A program made the position numbers and the translations under genes. From Eubacteriales bacterium (GTDB lineage: Bacteria; Bacillota; Clostridia; Oscillospirales; CAG-272), in the NCBI GenBank assembly GCA_045127235.1, contig JBGVPY010000046.1, forward strand, positions 29,047-93,046: a stretch of 64,000 nt of DNA, in the 5' to 3' direction. Positions 27,926-38,249 of the stretch are shown piece by piece. The notes under the pieces were generated by a model. It saw only the letters and a list, made by a program, of their open reading frames with translations, had not been told where the DNA came from and did not search any database. The stretch's first letter is position 1; every line of letters begins with the position of its first letter.

Positions 27926-28648
27926 ATGGTTGATATAATTTTAAATATAGTTGAATACATAGGCGTTATTTCCTTTGCTATATCTGGCACGGCAATCGCC
28001 ATAAACAAAAAAACCGACTCTGTGGGAGCATTGTTCTTTGCTCTTTTAACATGCTTTGGCGGTGGAATGATACGCGATATTGCACTTGGTATTGTGCCTA
28101 AGGTTTTAACAGATACAAGCTATTACTATTTAGCGCTGACCTGTATTATAGTGTCTGCTATTTGCTTTACACTTGCATTTATTCCTAAAACAGCAGATTT
28201 TATTTCAAAGCATTCCCACGATTTTATAATTGAATTTACTGATGCTATCGGTCTTAGCGTTTTCTGCGTTTTTGGCGTTGATGCGGCTATTACGCTTGGT
28301 CATACTAATCCGATTTTACTTATTTTCTGCGGTTGTATTACAGGTGTTGGTGGTGGTATGCTCCGTGATATTTGCTCAGCGGAAATTCCGTTTATTTTTA
28401 GAAAGCACATTTACTTAATACCAACGCTATGTGGCTCTGTTTTCTACACGCTTACATATAAGCATATTGATAATTTAGCATCGCTTCTTATTTCAATTGG
28501 AATTATAATTGCATTCCGTGTGCTTGCAATTATATTTAAGTGGAATTTACCTATACCAAAGGGCGAGGGCGAAGGAATTAAGGATGCTGTGCCTAATAAT
28601 GAAAATCAGGAAGAAAGCCCCGTTTCCATAGAGGAAGCAAATGTATAA
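27926..28648 (+). CDS. TRIC/UPF0126 (YadS-like) membrane protein
   Basis: Duplicated GGGMIRD / GGGMLRD motifs; FAISG. Confidence 0.9.
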   Translation: MVDIILNIVEYIGVISFAISGTAIAINKKTDSVGALFFALLTCFGGGMIRDIALGIVPKVLTDTSYYYLALTCIIVSAICFTLAFIPKTADFISKHSHDFIIEFTDAIGLSVFCVFGVDAAITLGHTNPILLIFCGCITGVGGGMLRDICSAEIPFIFRKHIYLIPTLCGSVFYTLTYKHIDNLASLLISIGIIIAFRVLAIIFKWNLPIPKGEGEGIKDAVPNNENQEESPVSIEEANV

Positions 28649-28717
28649 TAAATAGGTATAGAAGCAATTCTGACCACTTAATACTAAAAAAACTCGCACC
28701 TGTGTGCGAGTTTTCTT

Positions 28718-29521
28718 TTATGCTAGGTAATTTTCTCTGAATTCATTTATGTAATTTTGGTCAATCCCAAGTGCGTTTTGGAAGAACTTTTCGGGGCTAC
28801 CGTATGACATAATTATATCATAGGCTTTGGTAAGATAGCTCTTATCAACTCCGTTTACTCCGCTTACTGCTTCTAAAATTTCGGGGTCTACATTTCTTTC
28901 CTTGCCAAGAGCGACTGCTTCATCAATTATGTCTTGATAGCTTTTATTTGTAATAAGGTAGTCCTCTAAAATATCCTCATATTTTGCGCCTAAGATAAGT
29001 AAAGTGAGCATTGTGCCTACGCCTACTCTATCCTTGCCTGCACTACAATGGTATAACGCGCAGCCATCCTTATTTTCCTTTAAAATATCAAGGAAGTGTC
29101 GATAATTTGTAAGTGAAAAGTCATCGCTAACAAGTGGCACATATAAATCTGCAAGCCAAGAGGGTGCATCCTTGCCAAGCTCAATTGTGAAATCAAGAAA
29201 GATTTCCGCAAGGGTTCTTACATATGTATCGTTTTTGGTAATTCCCAAGGTTAATGCTCTTATAATTGGGTTAAATGTCCATTTAACATTTTCAATTTCC
29301 TTATCAGGTGCTTTTTTCACCTCGGCTTCAGTACGGAAGTCAACTATATGCTTCAATCCGTAGTCCTTTAATATAATTTTGTCGCTTTCAGTTATATTAG
29401 AAAGATTTGATGAACGGACAATTCTGCCTTGTTTGATTTTTCTGCCATCTACACAGGGAATGTCGCATAAATCCCTTACATTTCTTGCTCCTTGTAATTT
29501 AATTTCCATAATTTCTCTCAT
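28718..29521 (-). CDS. Protein tyrosine/lipid phosphatase (Y_phosphatase3 type)
   Basis: NVRDL, VDFRT, HCSAGKDRVG and DYLITN motifs. Confidence 0.9.
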   Translation of the reverse strand: MREIMEIKLQGARNVRDLCDIPCVDGRKIKQGRIVRSSNLSNITESDKIILKDYGLKHIVDFRTEAEVKKAPDKEIENVKWTFNPIIRALTLGITKNDTYVRTLAEIFLDFTIELGKDAPSWLADLYVPLVSDDFSLTNYRHFLDILKENKDGCALYHCSAGKDRVGVGTMLTLLILGAKYEDILEDYLITNKSYQDIIDEAVALGKERNVDPEILEAVSGVNGVDKSYLTKAYDIIMSYGSPEKFFQNALGIDQNYINEFRENYLA

Positions 29522-29653
29522 TTCTTGTGTTTATAATAAAATTATATCATATAATATTGATATTTTCAATTATTTGTGATATTATTATTTATATCTTTTT
29601 AGTTTTTCCGTCATATGATGGAATTATGATTGTTCTGTTCAATGGTCAATAAT

Positions 29654-29690
29654 CTAACCGCTGACCACTGACCACTAATCACTAACCACT
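29654..29690. repeat. Heptamer array (start-side arm) just upstream of the cysE SD
   Basis: ctaaccgctgaccactgaccactaatcactaaccact. Confidence 0.75.
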
Positions 29691-29712
29691 ACCAAAATTG
29701 GAGGTTTTCTTT

Positions 29713-30570
29713 ATGGCTAATTTTGAAAATATAGCAAAGGAATTTGCAAATTCATATAAGGAGTCCGATGTTACTCTTTTTTCTTCATCCTTGGTTCTTC
29801 CTGACAAAAATGAGGTTATTTCTGTAATTGAGGATATACAGCATCTTTTTTTCCCGGCTTACTTTGATGTGGCAAATAAAAGCTATGAGGCAGAGGAGTT
29901 TTGCGAAAGATATTTAAGCTCTATTTACTTCAAGTTAAAGAAGCAAATTGAGCTTGCTTTAACATTTAAAACAAAATCTAAGGTTTCTGACAGAGCTAAG
30001 GAAATTACAGACAAGTTTGTTGATGAGTTGCCTATCGTACACAAGCTACTCATTAAGGATGTGCAGGCAAACTTTGAGGGAGACCCTGCTGCACAGAGCA
30101 AGGAAGAAATTATTTTCTCTTATCCTGGGTTTTTTGCAATTTTTGTATATAGAATTGCAAATGTGCTTTACAAGATGGGCGTTCCATTTGTACCAAGAAT
30201 TATGACAGAGTATGCTCACGGCAAGACAGGTATTGATATAAATCCCGGTGCTACTATTGGTGAATACTTCTTTATTGACCACGGTACAGGTATTGTTATT
30301 GGCGAAACTACTGTTATTGGCAATCATGTTAAAATTTATCAGGGTGTTACTCTTGGTGCGCTTTCTCCAAGAAAGGGACAGAGCCTTGCGGGAGTAAAAA
30401 GGCATCCTACTGTTCGCGATAATGTTACCATATACTCAGGCGCTTCAATTTTAGGCGGCGAAACGGTCATTGGCGAGGGGGCTATCATTGGCGGTAACTC
30501 ATTTATTACTGAAAGCGTTGAAGCGGGAGCTAGGGTTAGCGTTAAAAAGCCTGAATTAATTATTAAATAA
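29713..30570 (+). CDS. cysE: Serine O-acetyltransferase
   Basis: GDPAA, TGIDINPGA, FIDHGTG, IYQGVTLG and KRHPT motifs; start MANF behind GGAGG. Confidence 0.93.
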   Translation: MANFENIAKEFANSYKESDVTLFSSSLVLPDKNEVISVIEDIQHLFFPAYFDVANKSYEAEEFCERYLSSIYFKLKKQIELALTFKTKSKVSDRAKEITDKFVDELPIVHKLLIKDVQANFEGDPAAQSKEEIIFSYPGFFAIFVYRIANVLYKMGVPFVPRIMTEYAHGKTGIDINPGATIGEYFFIDHGTGIVIGETTVIGNHVKIYQGVTLGALSPRKGQSLAGVKRHPTVRDNVTIYSGASILGGETVIGEGAIIGGNSFITESVEAGARVSVKKPELIIK

Positions 30571-30580
30571 GGACGAATTT

Positions 30581-31075
30581 ATGAAATCAAAAATCAAGAT
30601 AACAACAATACAAACTGACTATAAGGGCAAGTCCATTTTTGAGAGAATGGCAGAGGAGCTTTGCATTACTGATACATTTTCCGATATGGATGAAAGCGGA
30701 ATGATTGAAACCGTACTTACAGGCGAAATCGATTTAACTGACGACGTTTATTCTCTTTCTTATGAGGAAAGTGAGGCAAGCGGTATGGATGGAGTTAAGA
30801 CAGAGCTTGCATTCAATGAAAAAACGCCTAAGGAAATCAGCCTTGCAAGAAGTGGAGAGGTATCCTCTACCATGTACTTTAATGAGGGAAAACGCGATAT
30901 CTGTGTCTATAATACAGGTATTATGCCATTTGAGATTTGTGTTTTTACACGCTCGGTTGACAACCGTTTGATTGAGGACGGCTACCTTGAAATCGTTTAT
31001 ATTATTGAAATTAAGGGTGCATGCGCTCAAAAGACTATATTAAGAATGGAAGCTGAAAAGTATGACAGAGGCTGA
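30581..31075 (+). CDS. DUF1934-family protein
   Basis: LSYEESE..GM, RSG...M.F..G and YNT motif pattern. Confidence 0.7.
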   Translation: MKSKIKITTIQTDYKGKSIFERMAEELCITDTFSDMDESGMIETVLTGEIDLTDDVYSLSYEESEASGMDGVKTELAFNEKTPKEISLARSGEVSSTMYFNEGKRDICVYNTGIMPFEICVFTRSVDNRLIEDGYLEIVYIIEIKGACAQKTILRMEAEKYDRG

Positions 31076-32105
31076 GTTCAGACAGGAATTAAAGAGTCTT
31101 AACGGTGGTTATGTGCTTTATGGAGAAGAAGACTATTTAAAGTTCAGCTATTCCAAGGAAGCGCGCAAGAATGTTCTTGACGGTATGTTTGATGATTTTA
31201 ACCATATTGTTATATATGGCGAGGACTTTACGCCCCTTGGGCTTATGAATGCTATTGCTACTCTTCCTATGATGTCGGAAAAAAAGCTTATTGAGGTAAG
31301 AGGAGTTAATTTTAATTCTTTAAAGAAGGATGAAATTAAGGAGCTAGAGGAAGCGCTTGCAACTATGGAAGAAAATGCATCACACACGGTGCTTATTATA
31401 AGAGCCGACTCAAATTATTTTAATGAGGGCAGGCTACCTAAAGCACCAAGCGAGCTTTACAAAATGATGTCAAAGTATCTTAAAATGGTACAGCTTGACT
31501 TTCCTGCACCTCAAAGGCTTCGCTCTTGGATTTCAAAGCATTTTTCAAGCAATGATATTGAGTTTGACGCTTCTCTATCCGATAAAATGGTTGAAATTTG
31601 CGGACATGATATGTGGGCGTTGACTAACGAAATTGAAAAGCTTTGCGCTTATGCTAAAATGAATAATTTAAGCGCGATTACTCTTAACGATATTGACAAT
31701 GTGTGCTGTAAGACCGTTGAGTATGATGATTTTCAATTGACAAACGCTTTGCTTGATAAGAATAAGGAGCTTGTTTTCGAGACACTCCACCGTCAAAAAT
31801 CATCACACGAGCCACCATTTGGTATCTTATCCTCGGTTATTAGGCTTTATATGGAAATGTACTTGGTAAGCGTTCATTTTGAGTCAGGAATGAACAAAGC
31901 GCAAATTTCAAAAGCTCTTAGCATTCACGAATTCAAGGTGGGCAAGTATATTGCTGCAATTTCCGGAGTTAATCCTAAAAAATTAGTTCGTGCGGTTGAG
32001 CTATGTCAAGAGGCGGATGTTAAGTCAAAATCCTGTTCAAATTTAACATCATATATTGCAGTTGAAAACTTAATTTCCTCACTTTGTGTGCTATTTTGTA
32101 GGTGA
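31062..32105 (+). CDS. holA: DNA polymerase III delta subunit
   Basis: YVLYGEEDYL, TLPMMSEKKLI and NEIEKLCAY motifs; 347 aa. Confidence 0.88.
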   Translation: MTEAEFRQELKSLNGGYVLYGEEDYLKFSYSKEARKNVLDGMFDDFNHIVIYGEDFTPLGLMNAIATLPMMSEKKLIEVRGVNFNSLKKDEIKELEEALATMEENASHTVLIIRADSNYFNEGRLPKAPSELYKMMSKYLKMVQLDFPAPQRLRSWISKHFSSNDIEFDASLSDKMVEICGHDMWALTNEIEKLCAYAKMNNLSAITLNDIDNVCCKTVEYDDFQLTNALLDKNKELVFETLHRQKSSHEPPFGILSSVIRLYMEMYLVSVHFESGMNKAQISKALSIHEFKVGKYIAAISGVNPKKLVRAVELCQEADVKSKSCSNLTSYIAVENLISSLCVLFCR

Positions 32106-32108
32106 GAT

Positions 32109-32678
32109 ATGGTTATTAAATATCCGATAATCGTTGAGGGAAAATACGATAAAATCAAGCTTGATAGCATTTTAAGCGCCAAAATTATCACAACTGATGG
32201 CTTTGGAATTTTCAACAACAAGGAAAAATTAAGCCTTATAAGACAGCTAGCATTAAAGGACAAAATTATTTTGCTTACTGACTCCGATGGGGGTGGGCAT
32301 TTAATAAGGTCCCATATTAAAACTGCTATTCCAAATGATAAGCTGATTAACCTTTATATTCCAAGAATTGAGGGCAAGGAAAAAAGAAAAGACGCCCCAT
32401 CTAAGGAAGGCGTGCTTGGTGTTGAGGGAATTGATGCGGACAAATTAAGAGAAATGCTCCGCCCATATAGTGATGAGGGCATAGAAAAGCAAGCAGGCGA
32501 AATTACAAAAGCAGATTTTTATGCGCTTGGCTTAAGCGGTAGAGATGATAGCAAAGCACTTCGTGAAAATGTGCTGAAAAAATTAGGATTCCCTACAAAT
32601 ATGAGCCCAAACGCTATGCTTCAAGCTATAAACATTCTTTATAGTAAGGAAGAGCTTGAGCGATTACTAAATGACTAA
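32109..32678 (+). CDS. Toprim/DUF4093 protein, ribonuclease M5-like
   Basis: IIVEGKYD, LTDSDGGG and LGVEG motifs. Confidence 0.85.
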   Translation: MVIKYPIIVEGKYDKIKLDSILSAKIITTDGFGIFNNKEKLSLIRQLALKDKIILLTDSDGGGHLIRSHIKTAIPNDKLINLYIPRIEGKEKRKDAPSKEGVLGVEGIDADKLREMLRPYSDEGIEKQAGEITKADFYALGLSGRDDSKALRENVLKKLGFPTNMSPNAMLQAINILYSKEELERLLND

Positions 32679-32719
32679 ATACAAAACGGAAGGAGTATTC
32701 CTTCCGTTTTGTTGTTATT

Positions 32720-34339
32720 TTATTTTGGAAGTCTATCACAGAACATAAGGAGGTTTGAAGTTACTTTTTCTTGTTCTGTAAGCTTCCTAAAGGTTCCGTT
32801 TTCATATAGCTTTTCCATTACCATTATAGCAATCTCGTTGCTGATAAAACCCGACACTGTCCAACAAACGATTAAATCATGCATTTGTGATGGGTAATAC
32901 TTGGTTTCCATCATAGCAAATTCCAAGATTTTCGACTTGAATTTCTCCTTAATATCATCACTTAATTCGGGAATTTTGCCAAAGAACTCTTCGCTATCGC
33001 CTTTGATAATCATTATATTTGGTTTTCCGTCCTCTGTGATAAATTCCCTATCTTTTAAACGGTCAAATTTTTCGGCATTGGCACAGCTATCGGTGATAGC
33101 GCCTGTTATAAGCTCGTAAACATACTCGTAATCTTTATAATCGTTGTTTCTCCAAGCGCCCTTACGTGATGATAAATATGAGTCGATAGACCAGGAGAAA
33201 ACAGAAGGATATTTGCCTGAATGTCTTAGCATGCTTCCGCAAGACCAATAATTTTTCATTTCAATAGTTGGTACATAGTCCTTGTCTTCCTGTTCTGCAC
33301 GTAACTCTACAAACGCAACAAAATCACCACCTGCGGTTGTCTTGATATCATATTTTGACATATCCTTCGACATTGGAATAACGCATTTGTTTGTAATAGC
33401 GTAAAATATAGCCGCCGCTTCTAAAAGCTCGTAATTACCGCTCGGTATGTAGATGTTGTCTAAGCTTGCGACTGATTTTCTTATAAGTGGGACATATTCT
33501 TTTACAATAATATCCGCAATCGCAATCATAGTTTTATATTTTTCCTCTTTTAGCGCAAGAGAATATTTTTGAGGCGAAAATTTTACATAGGTTGTATACC
33601 TGTTTCCGTTTATTTTTACAAGAAAACCGTTATCCTCTAAAAATTTAACCTTATCCTCAATAAATACAGGAGTAAGACCCAATTCTTCTGCAATTTCTTC
33701 AAGAGTTTTCGGCTCAAAATAAACACTATAAGTAATGTTAAGGTTTAATTTGTCTCCGATATAGGACTCAGGACCGTTATCTCTTCCGGGATTTCCGCTG
33801 TGTCCGTAGTTCATCGCTTCGATTGGGTTTAATCCTAAATTTCCAATTTTTCTTTCCATAGTAATGCCTTCCTTCAATTCATTTCGTGCCTGATTCAAGT
33901 GCCATTTCACAGTACCTACGGGAATGTTCATTATGGTTGCGATTTCATTTACCGTTTTATTTTCATAATAATACTTGTAAACGATTTGTCTGCGTTGCTT
34001 GGATAGATATGCAACCTCTCTTACAAGGCGGTTCTTTTCCTCATCATCGTTTTCAAAGGAATATCTATCATAATGAGGCAAAATCAATCCATCAATAGAA
34101 ACACCCTCGTGTCTTTTCTTTGTTGCAACGTATTTTGCATAAGTATGCTCGCTTATTCTCCAAATATAACCATCCAAATTGTATATTTCATCCGATTTTA
34201 AAAGTGAAGAATATACAGCAAATATTATTTCAGAGCATAAATCCTCAGCCTCATCAAATGAAAAGGATTTTTTCACCGCAAAGCCATAAATTTTGTTAAG
34301 ATACTGTGTAATTACTTTATCAGCCTTTTGTTTTTCCAT
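32720..34339 (-). CDS. ECF-type sigma-70 factor with long C-terminal extension
   Basis: AEDLCSE, YIWRIS and EIATIMNIPVGTVKWHL motifs; ~380 extra residues including a second HTH (KTLEEIAEELG); start MEKQ behind GGAG. Confidence 0.88.
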   Translation of the reverse strand: MEKQKADKVITQYLNKIYGFAVKKSFSFDEAEDLCSEIIFAVYSSLLKSDEIYNLDGYIWRISEHTYAKYVATKKRHEGVSIDGLILPHYDRYSFENDDEEKNRLVREVAYLSKQRRQIVYKYYYENKTVNEIATIMNIPVGTVKWHLNQARNELKEGITMERKIGNLGLNPIEAMNYGHSGNPGRDNGPESYIGDKLNLNITYSVYFEPKTLEEIAEELGLTPVFIEDKVKFLEDNGFLVKINGNRYTTYVKFSPQKYSLALKEEKYKTMIAIADIIVKEYVPLIRKSVASLDNIYIPSGNYELLEAAAIFYAITNKCVIPMSKDMSKYDIKTTAGGDFVAFVELRAEQEDKDYVPTIEMKNYWSCGSMLRHSGKYPSVFSWSIDSYLSSRKGAWRNNDYKDYEYVYELITGAITDSCANAEKFDRLKDREFITEDGKPNIMIIKGDSEEFFGKIPELSDDIKEKFKSKILEFAMMETKYYPSQMHDLIVCWTVSGFISNEIAIMVMEKLYENGTFRKLTEQEKVTSNLLMFCDRLPK

Positions 34340-34489
34340 ATTTTTCTCCGGTACCGTTTGACTATATAGTGCACAAAAATTCAAAAAGGTTGGCGATTTT
34401 TTAAATTTTCCTAAATTATTTTATCACATAGCTAAATTCAAATCAAGTATAATAATAAAACGAAAGGATTACTCCTTCCGTTTTATGTG

Positions 34490-34586
34490 TGTCGATATAT
34501 TTTCGTGGTGCAAAAATTCGATATATGCTTCGCATTCGATATAAATCGCTCTGCGGTTTTCGATATATTTTCGCTTTGCAAAAATG
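34490..34586. repeat. REP-like array with four TCGATATA cores
   Basis: tcgatata x4 separated by short hairpin-like spacers, downstream of the NSS transporter. Confidence 0.65.
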
Positions 34587-34611
34587 AGAACTGCATCCTA
34601 CACCCTACATC

Positions 34612-36000
34612 CTATTTTTTAACAAATGGGCTGATAATACTGATAACTGCAATAATACCGATGATGATTGGGAGAATATAGCTCATATAGAAGCGCATCC
34701 ATTTTTTGACCTTAGCGCCCTTGCCGTGGTTGGCTTCTTCCATATAATTTTTAAAGCCCCAGCCGAATTTTTGAGTACAGAATATTGTGATAACCAAGGA
34801 GCCCACAGGTAAGAGGATATTACTTACTAAATAGTCCTCTAAGTCAAGAACACCTGTGCCGGCGCCAAGAGGCTCAAATGATGACCAAAGATTAAAGCCA
34901 AGGATACATGGGATTGAAAGAATGAATATACCTATACCAGAAAGAATGCATGTTTTGATTTTTGAAAATCCTGTTAATTCCTGCACACAGGATAGGATAT
35001 TTTGGAAAACTGCAAAGATTGTGGATAAAGCTGCAAAGGACATAAAGAGGAAAAACATTGTTCCCCAAATTCTGCCGCCTGCCATATTCATAAATACATG
35101 GGGGAGTGTTACGAAAATAAGGTTTGGTCCTGCATCAACACTTACATCATAGGTAAAGCAAGCAGGGAAAATAATAAGACCTGAGGTAATTGCCACAAAT
35201 GTATCAAGGGATGCTACGCTAATGCCCTCGCCAAGAAGGCTTCTTTCTCTACCGATAAAGCTACCGAAAATAGCCATAGCGCCTATACCTAGGCTTAATG
35301 TAAAGAACGCTTGGTTCATAGCGGCTACAATTACATTTATAAGTCCTGCCTCTTTAATTTTATCAACGCTTGGTAGCAAATAAAATGCAAGGCCTTCCTT
35401 TGCACCGTCAAGAGTTAAGCTATGAATTGCAAGAACGATAATAAGACCAAGTAATGCTATCATCATTATTTTGGTTACCTTTTCAAGTCCCTTTTGCATG
35501 TTAAAGGAGCATACAAGGAAGCCAACTACAACAACTATGCCCATAAACAAAATAAGCATACCAGGATTCGCAAGCATATCGGCAAATACGCCTGATACAT
35601 AATCCTTTTGAACGATATCGGTTGATACATTACTAAACTTACCTGTTAGCATATATACGAAATATTGAAGCATCCAGCCTGTTACTGATGTGTAGAACAT
35701 CATAAGGATAATATTTCCTACAAGTGTTGCATATCCGTGTACGCTCCAAGCTTTTTGCTCAGGCTTTAGCTTATGATACATTCTTACAGGGCTTGTGCCT
35801 GCGCCTCTTCCCATAGAAAATTCCATTGATAATACGGGAATGCCCATAACAACTAAAAACAGTAAATAAATAAGCACAAAAAATCCGCCGCCGCTCTCGC
35901 CTGTAACATATGGGAATTTCCATACATTGCCGATACCGATAGCACATCCTGCGCTAAGTAAAATAAAGCCTAAACGGCTTCCTAGCTTTTCTCTTTCCAT
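34612..36000 (-). CDS. Sodium-dependent transporter, NSS/SNF family
   Basis: SRLGFILLSAGCAIGIGNVWKFPY, QAFFTLSLG and AGPNLIFVTLP motifs. Confidence 0.95.
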   Translation of the reverse strand: MEREKLGSRLGFILLSAGCAIGIGNVWKFPYVTGESGGGFFVLIYLLFLVVMGIPVLSMEFSMGRGAGTSPVRMYHKLKPEQKAWSVHGYATLVGNIILMMFYTSVTGWMLQYFVYMLTGKFSNVSTDIVQKDYVSGVFADMLANPGMLILFMGIVVVVGFLVCSFNMQKGLEKVTKIMMIALLGLIIVLAIHSLTLDGAKEGLAFYLLPSVDKIKEAGLINVIVAAMNQAFFTLSLGIGAMAIFGSFIGRERSLLGEGISVASLDTFVAITSGLIIFPACFTYDVSVDAGPNLIFVTLPHVFMNMAGGRIWGTMFFLFMSFAALSTIFAVFQNILSCVQELTGFSKIKTCILSGIGIFILSIPCILGFNLWSSFEPLGAGTGVLDLEDYLVSNILLPVGSLVITIFCTQKFGWGFKNYMEEANHGKGAKVKKWMRFYMSYILPIIIGIIAVISIISPFVKK

Positions 36001-36235
36001 AGTAAATCCTTTGTTTTAAAATTATACTAATAGAGTGTAACATATTTTCAAAAATATGTCAAGGAAAATAGTGTATAAAAGAATAAATGATTGATTTGTA
36101 TATTCCTCGCATGGAATGATAATAGGCTAAAATCTGTCCATATTTTATTTATATTTTGTCTTGACTATCACTTAATATTGGTATATCATTAAATTGAGAT
36201 TTTTAATCTTAATAAATGAAACGGAGAATTGAAAA

Positions 36236-37981
36236 ATGAAAAGAAAGCTTTTAACTATTTCACTTGGCATACTGATTTTTGCTTGTTTTTTAGCAATTTC
36301 ATCCTTTGCCACCGTAAATTATAGCGAAACTGCCACCTTGGCGGATGGCACGGTGCTTCCCATTTATGATGAAAATCAAAATCCGCTTATTTGGTACATT
36401 AGCGGTGTTGATGAAAATGGCAAAAACATTTACAAATCTGTGCCTAATAACCGTAATGAGCAAAACACAAATAATGACGACTTTGTTACTTATACCATTA
36501 ACACAAGCTGGATGACTCAGCTTCAGGATGTTAATTTCCACATTTATAACGGCTCGGGCTATGATGTAATTAATGACAAGACATACAATGTGGTTGTACT
36601 GAACCTAAGAGGTCTAACTAGCTTTCAATACATCAATAAGGGCTTAGGTGTGTCTTCAATTCAGTATATTTACTTTAATGAGATTCTTGCAGATTTATGC
36701 GACTATTTCCAAAAAAGCCAAAATCTAAGATTAGTTGACCTGTCCGTTTCTACTAACCTTTCGGGTGGCTTTGGCGGTGTATGTAATTTTCAGGAATGTA
36801 TTAACCTACATACAATAAGATTAGCACCAGGCACAAGCTACACACTAAAGTGTAACAGCAACAGAAACTATCGGTTTAAAAACACGGCAATTACTGATAT
36901 TATTATTCCCGAAAATATAATCAATATAGGCGTTGACAATTTTAACGGATGTAAAAATCTTGAAAGCGTTTATATTTTAGGTAATACCACAAGCTTAGGT
37001 CAACGCAATTTTTCTAACTGTCCTAAACTAACCAACATTTACATTTTAGGAAATAATCCTACTATTGATTTAACATCATTTAAGGAAAACTTCTATGAGT
37101 GCGTTGACAATGGCAAGGTGCTTGACTTTAAGTCAACAGGTAAATATTTCTTCTTTACAACAACTAACGAAGCATATTTAAACGGTGTTAAGGATGCTAT
37201 CGGCGCTACTGCAATTATTTCTTATAATGACTACAAAGCAAGCCCAGACAAATATACTGAGGGCAGATATGTTATTTCAGGCACAAATATTTGCGATACT
37301 CTTTATGACGGAGTACACTCCCTTGATGAAAATAATTCCAACCCATGCGCAGGCTTATGCACAGTTTGCGGTGAGATGGCGCAGGCACAAAATCAAGTAC
37401 ACGATTTTACAACTAAAATCACATACACAAATTATCTTGCAAGCGGCGTAAGAAGTCAAATTTGTGCAAATGAAGGCTGTAAATATAGTGAAAATTCTTA
37501 TATTAGCGACACAGATGCAATAATTTCTGAGTTTAAGGGTATTTCAACAAAGATTAACGGCGACGGTCTTACATTTGGTTACAGCGTAAATTATGATGCT
37601 CTTGATGAGTATGTAAAGGTTAACGGTGGTAGCGTTGAGCTTGGCTTTGTTGTAGCGGTAAAGAGCTTCCTTGATGGCAAAATGCCACTTGATGAAAACG
37701 GTATTGAGAGCACAAACAAGGTAATTAAGGCTACTCTTTTAACCTGGTCACAAGACACAGATAATCAATCTGTTTTAAAATATGCAAGTGCAGATTTTAA
37801 AATTGTCGGTAATTGGGATGTGAGCATTGACCTTGATGGCGACCAGCTCCCTGAAGCCGATATAAAAGATGTTAAATTCTACATGGCAGGCTATATAATT
37901 GATGGAGATACAGTTAAATATATTAACTATCAAAAAACATCCGATACTCCTGACAATGTAGCATATAACGATTGCTTATAA
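36236..37981 (+). CDS. Secreted LRR (BspA-like) surface protein with Cys-rich repeat
   Basis: Signal peptide ending ISSFA; IIPENIINIGVDNFNGCKNL repeats; CAGLCTVCG. Confidence 0.8.
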   Translation: MKRKLLTISLGILIFACFLAISSFATVNYSETATLADGTVLPIYDENQNPLIWYISGVDENGKNIYKSVPNNRNEQNTNNDDFVTYTINTSWMTQLQDVNFHIYNGSGYDVINDKTYNVVVLNLRGLTSFQYINKGLGVSSIQYIYFNEILADLCDYFQKSQNLRLVDLSVSTNLSGGFGGVCNFQECINLHTIRLAPGTSYTLKCNSNRNYRFKNTAITDIIIPENIINIGVDNFNGCKNLESVYILGNTTSLGQRNFSNCPKLTNIYILGNNPTIDLTSFKENFYECVDNGKVLDFKSTGKYFFFTTTNEAYLNGVKDAIGATAIISYNDYKASPDKYTEGRYVISGTNICDTLYDGVHSLDENNSNPCAGLCTVCGEMAQAQNQVHDFTTKITYTNYLASGVRSQICANEGCKYSENSYISDTDAIISEFKGISTKINGDGLTFGYSVNYDALDEYVKVNGGSVELGFVVAVKSFLDGKMPLDENGIESTNKVIKATLLTWSQDTDNQSVLKYASADFKIVGNWDVSIDLDGDQLPEADIKDVKFYMAGYIIDGDTVKYINYQKTSDTPDNVAYNDCL

Positions 37982-37982
37982 T

Positions 37983-38246
37983 GAAAAGGGGCTGTTGCGT
38001 TAAGCAAAAGCCCCTTTTTTGAATGGGGATAGTGAAATGAGTGCAGAAGACGCGCTTTAACACGGAGCGTAGGCGTACTTGCGTACGGTAGAGCCGTGTT
38101 CGCGTCTAAAAAACAGACATAAAAATGAAGAGAACTTGCTAAAATGCAAGTTCTCAACATTAAAGAATATTTTGAAATACAAATAGAGCTTTTTTATGAG
38201 ATATGTGTCTGTTTTTGGTCTGTGCTTATTGCAACATCCCCTTTTC
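37983..38246. mobile_element. MITE-like element of ~264 bp with 24-bp imperfect terminal inverted repeats
   Basis: gaaaaggggctgttgcgttaagca ... tgcttattgcaacatccccttttc (21/24 match); internal inverted repeats; no transposase. Confidence 0.65.
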
Positions 38247-38249
38247 TTT

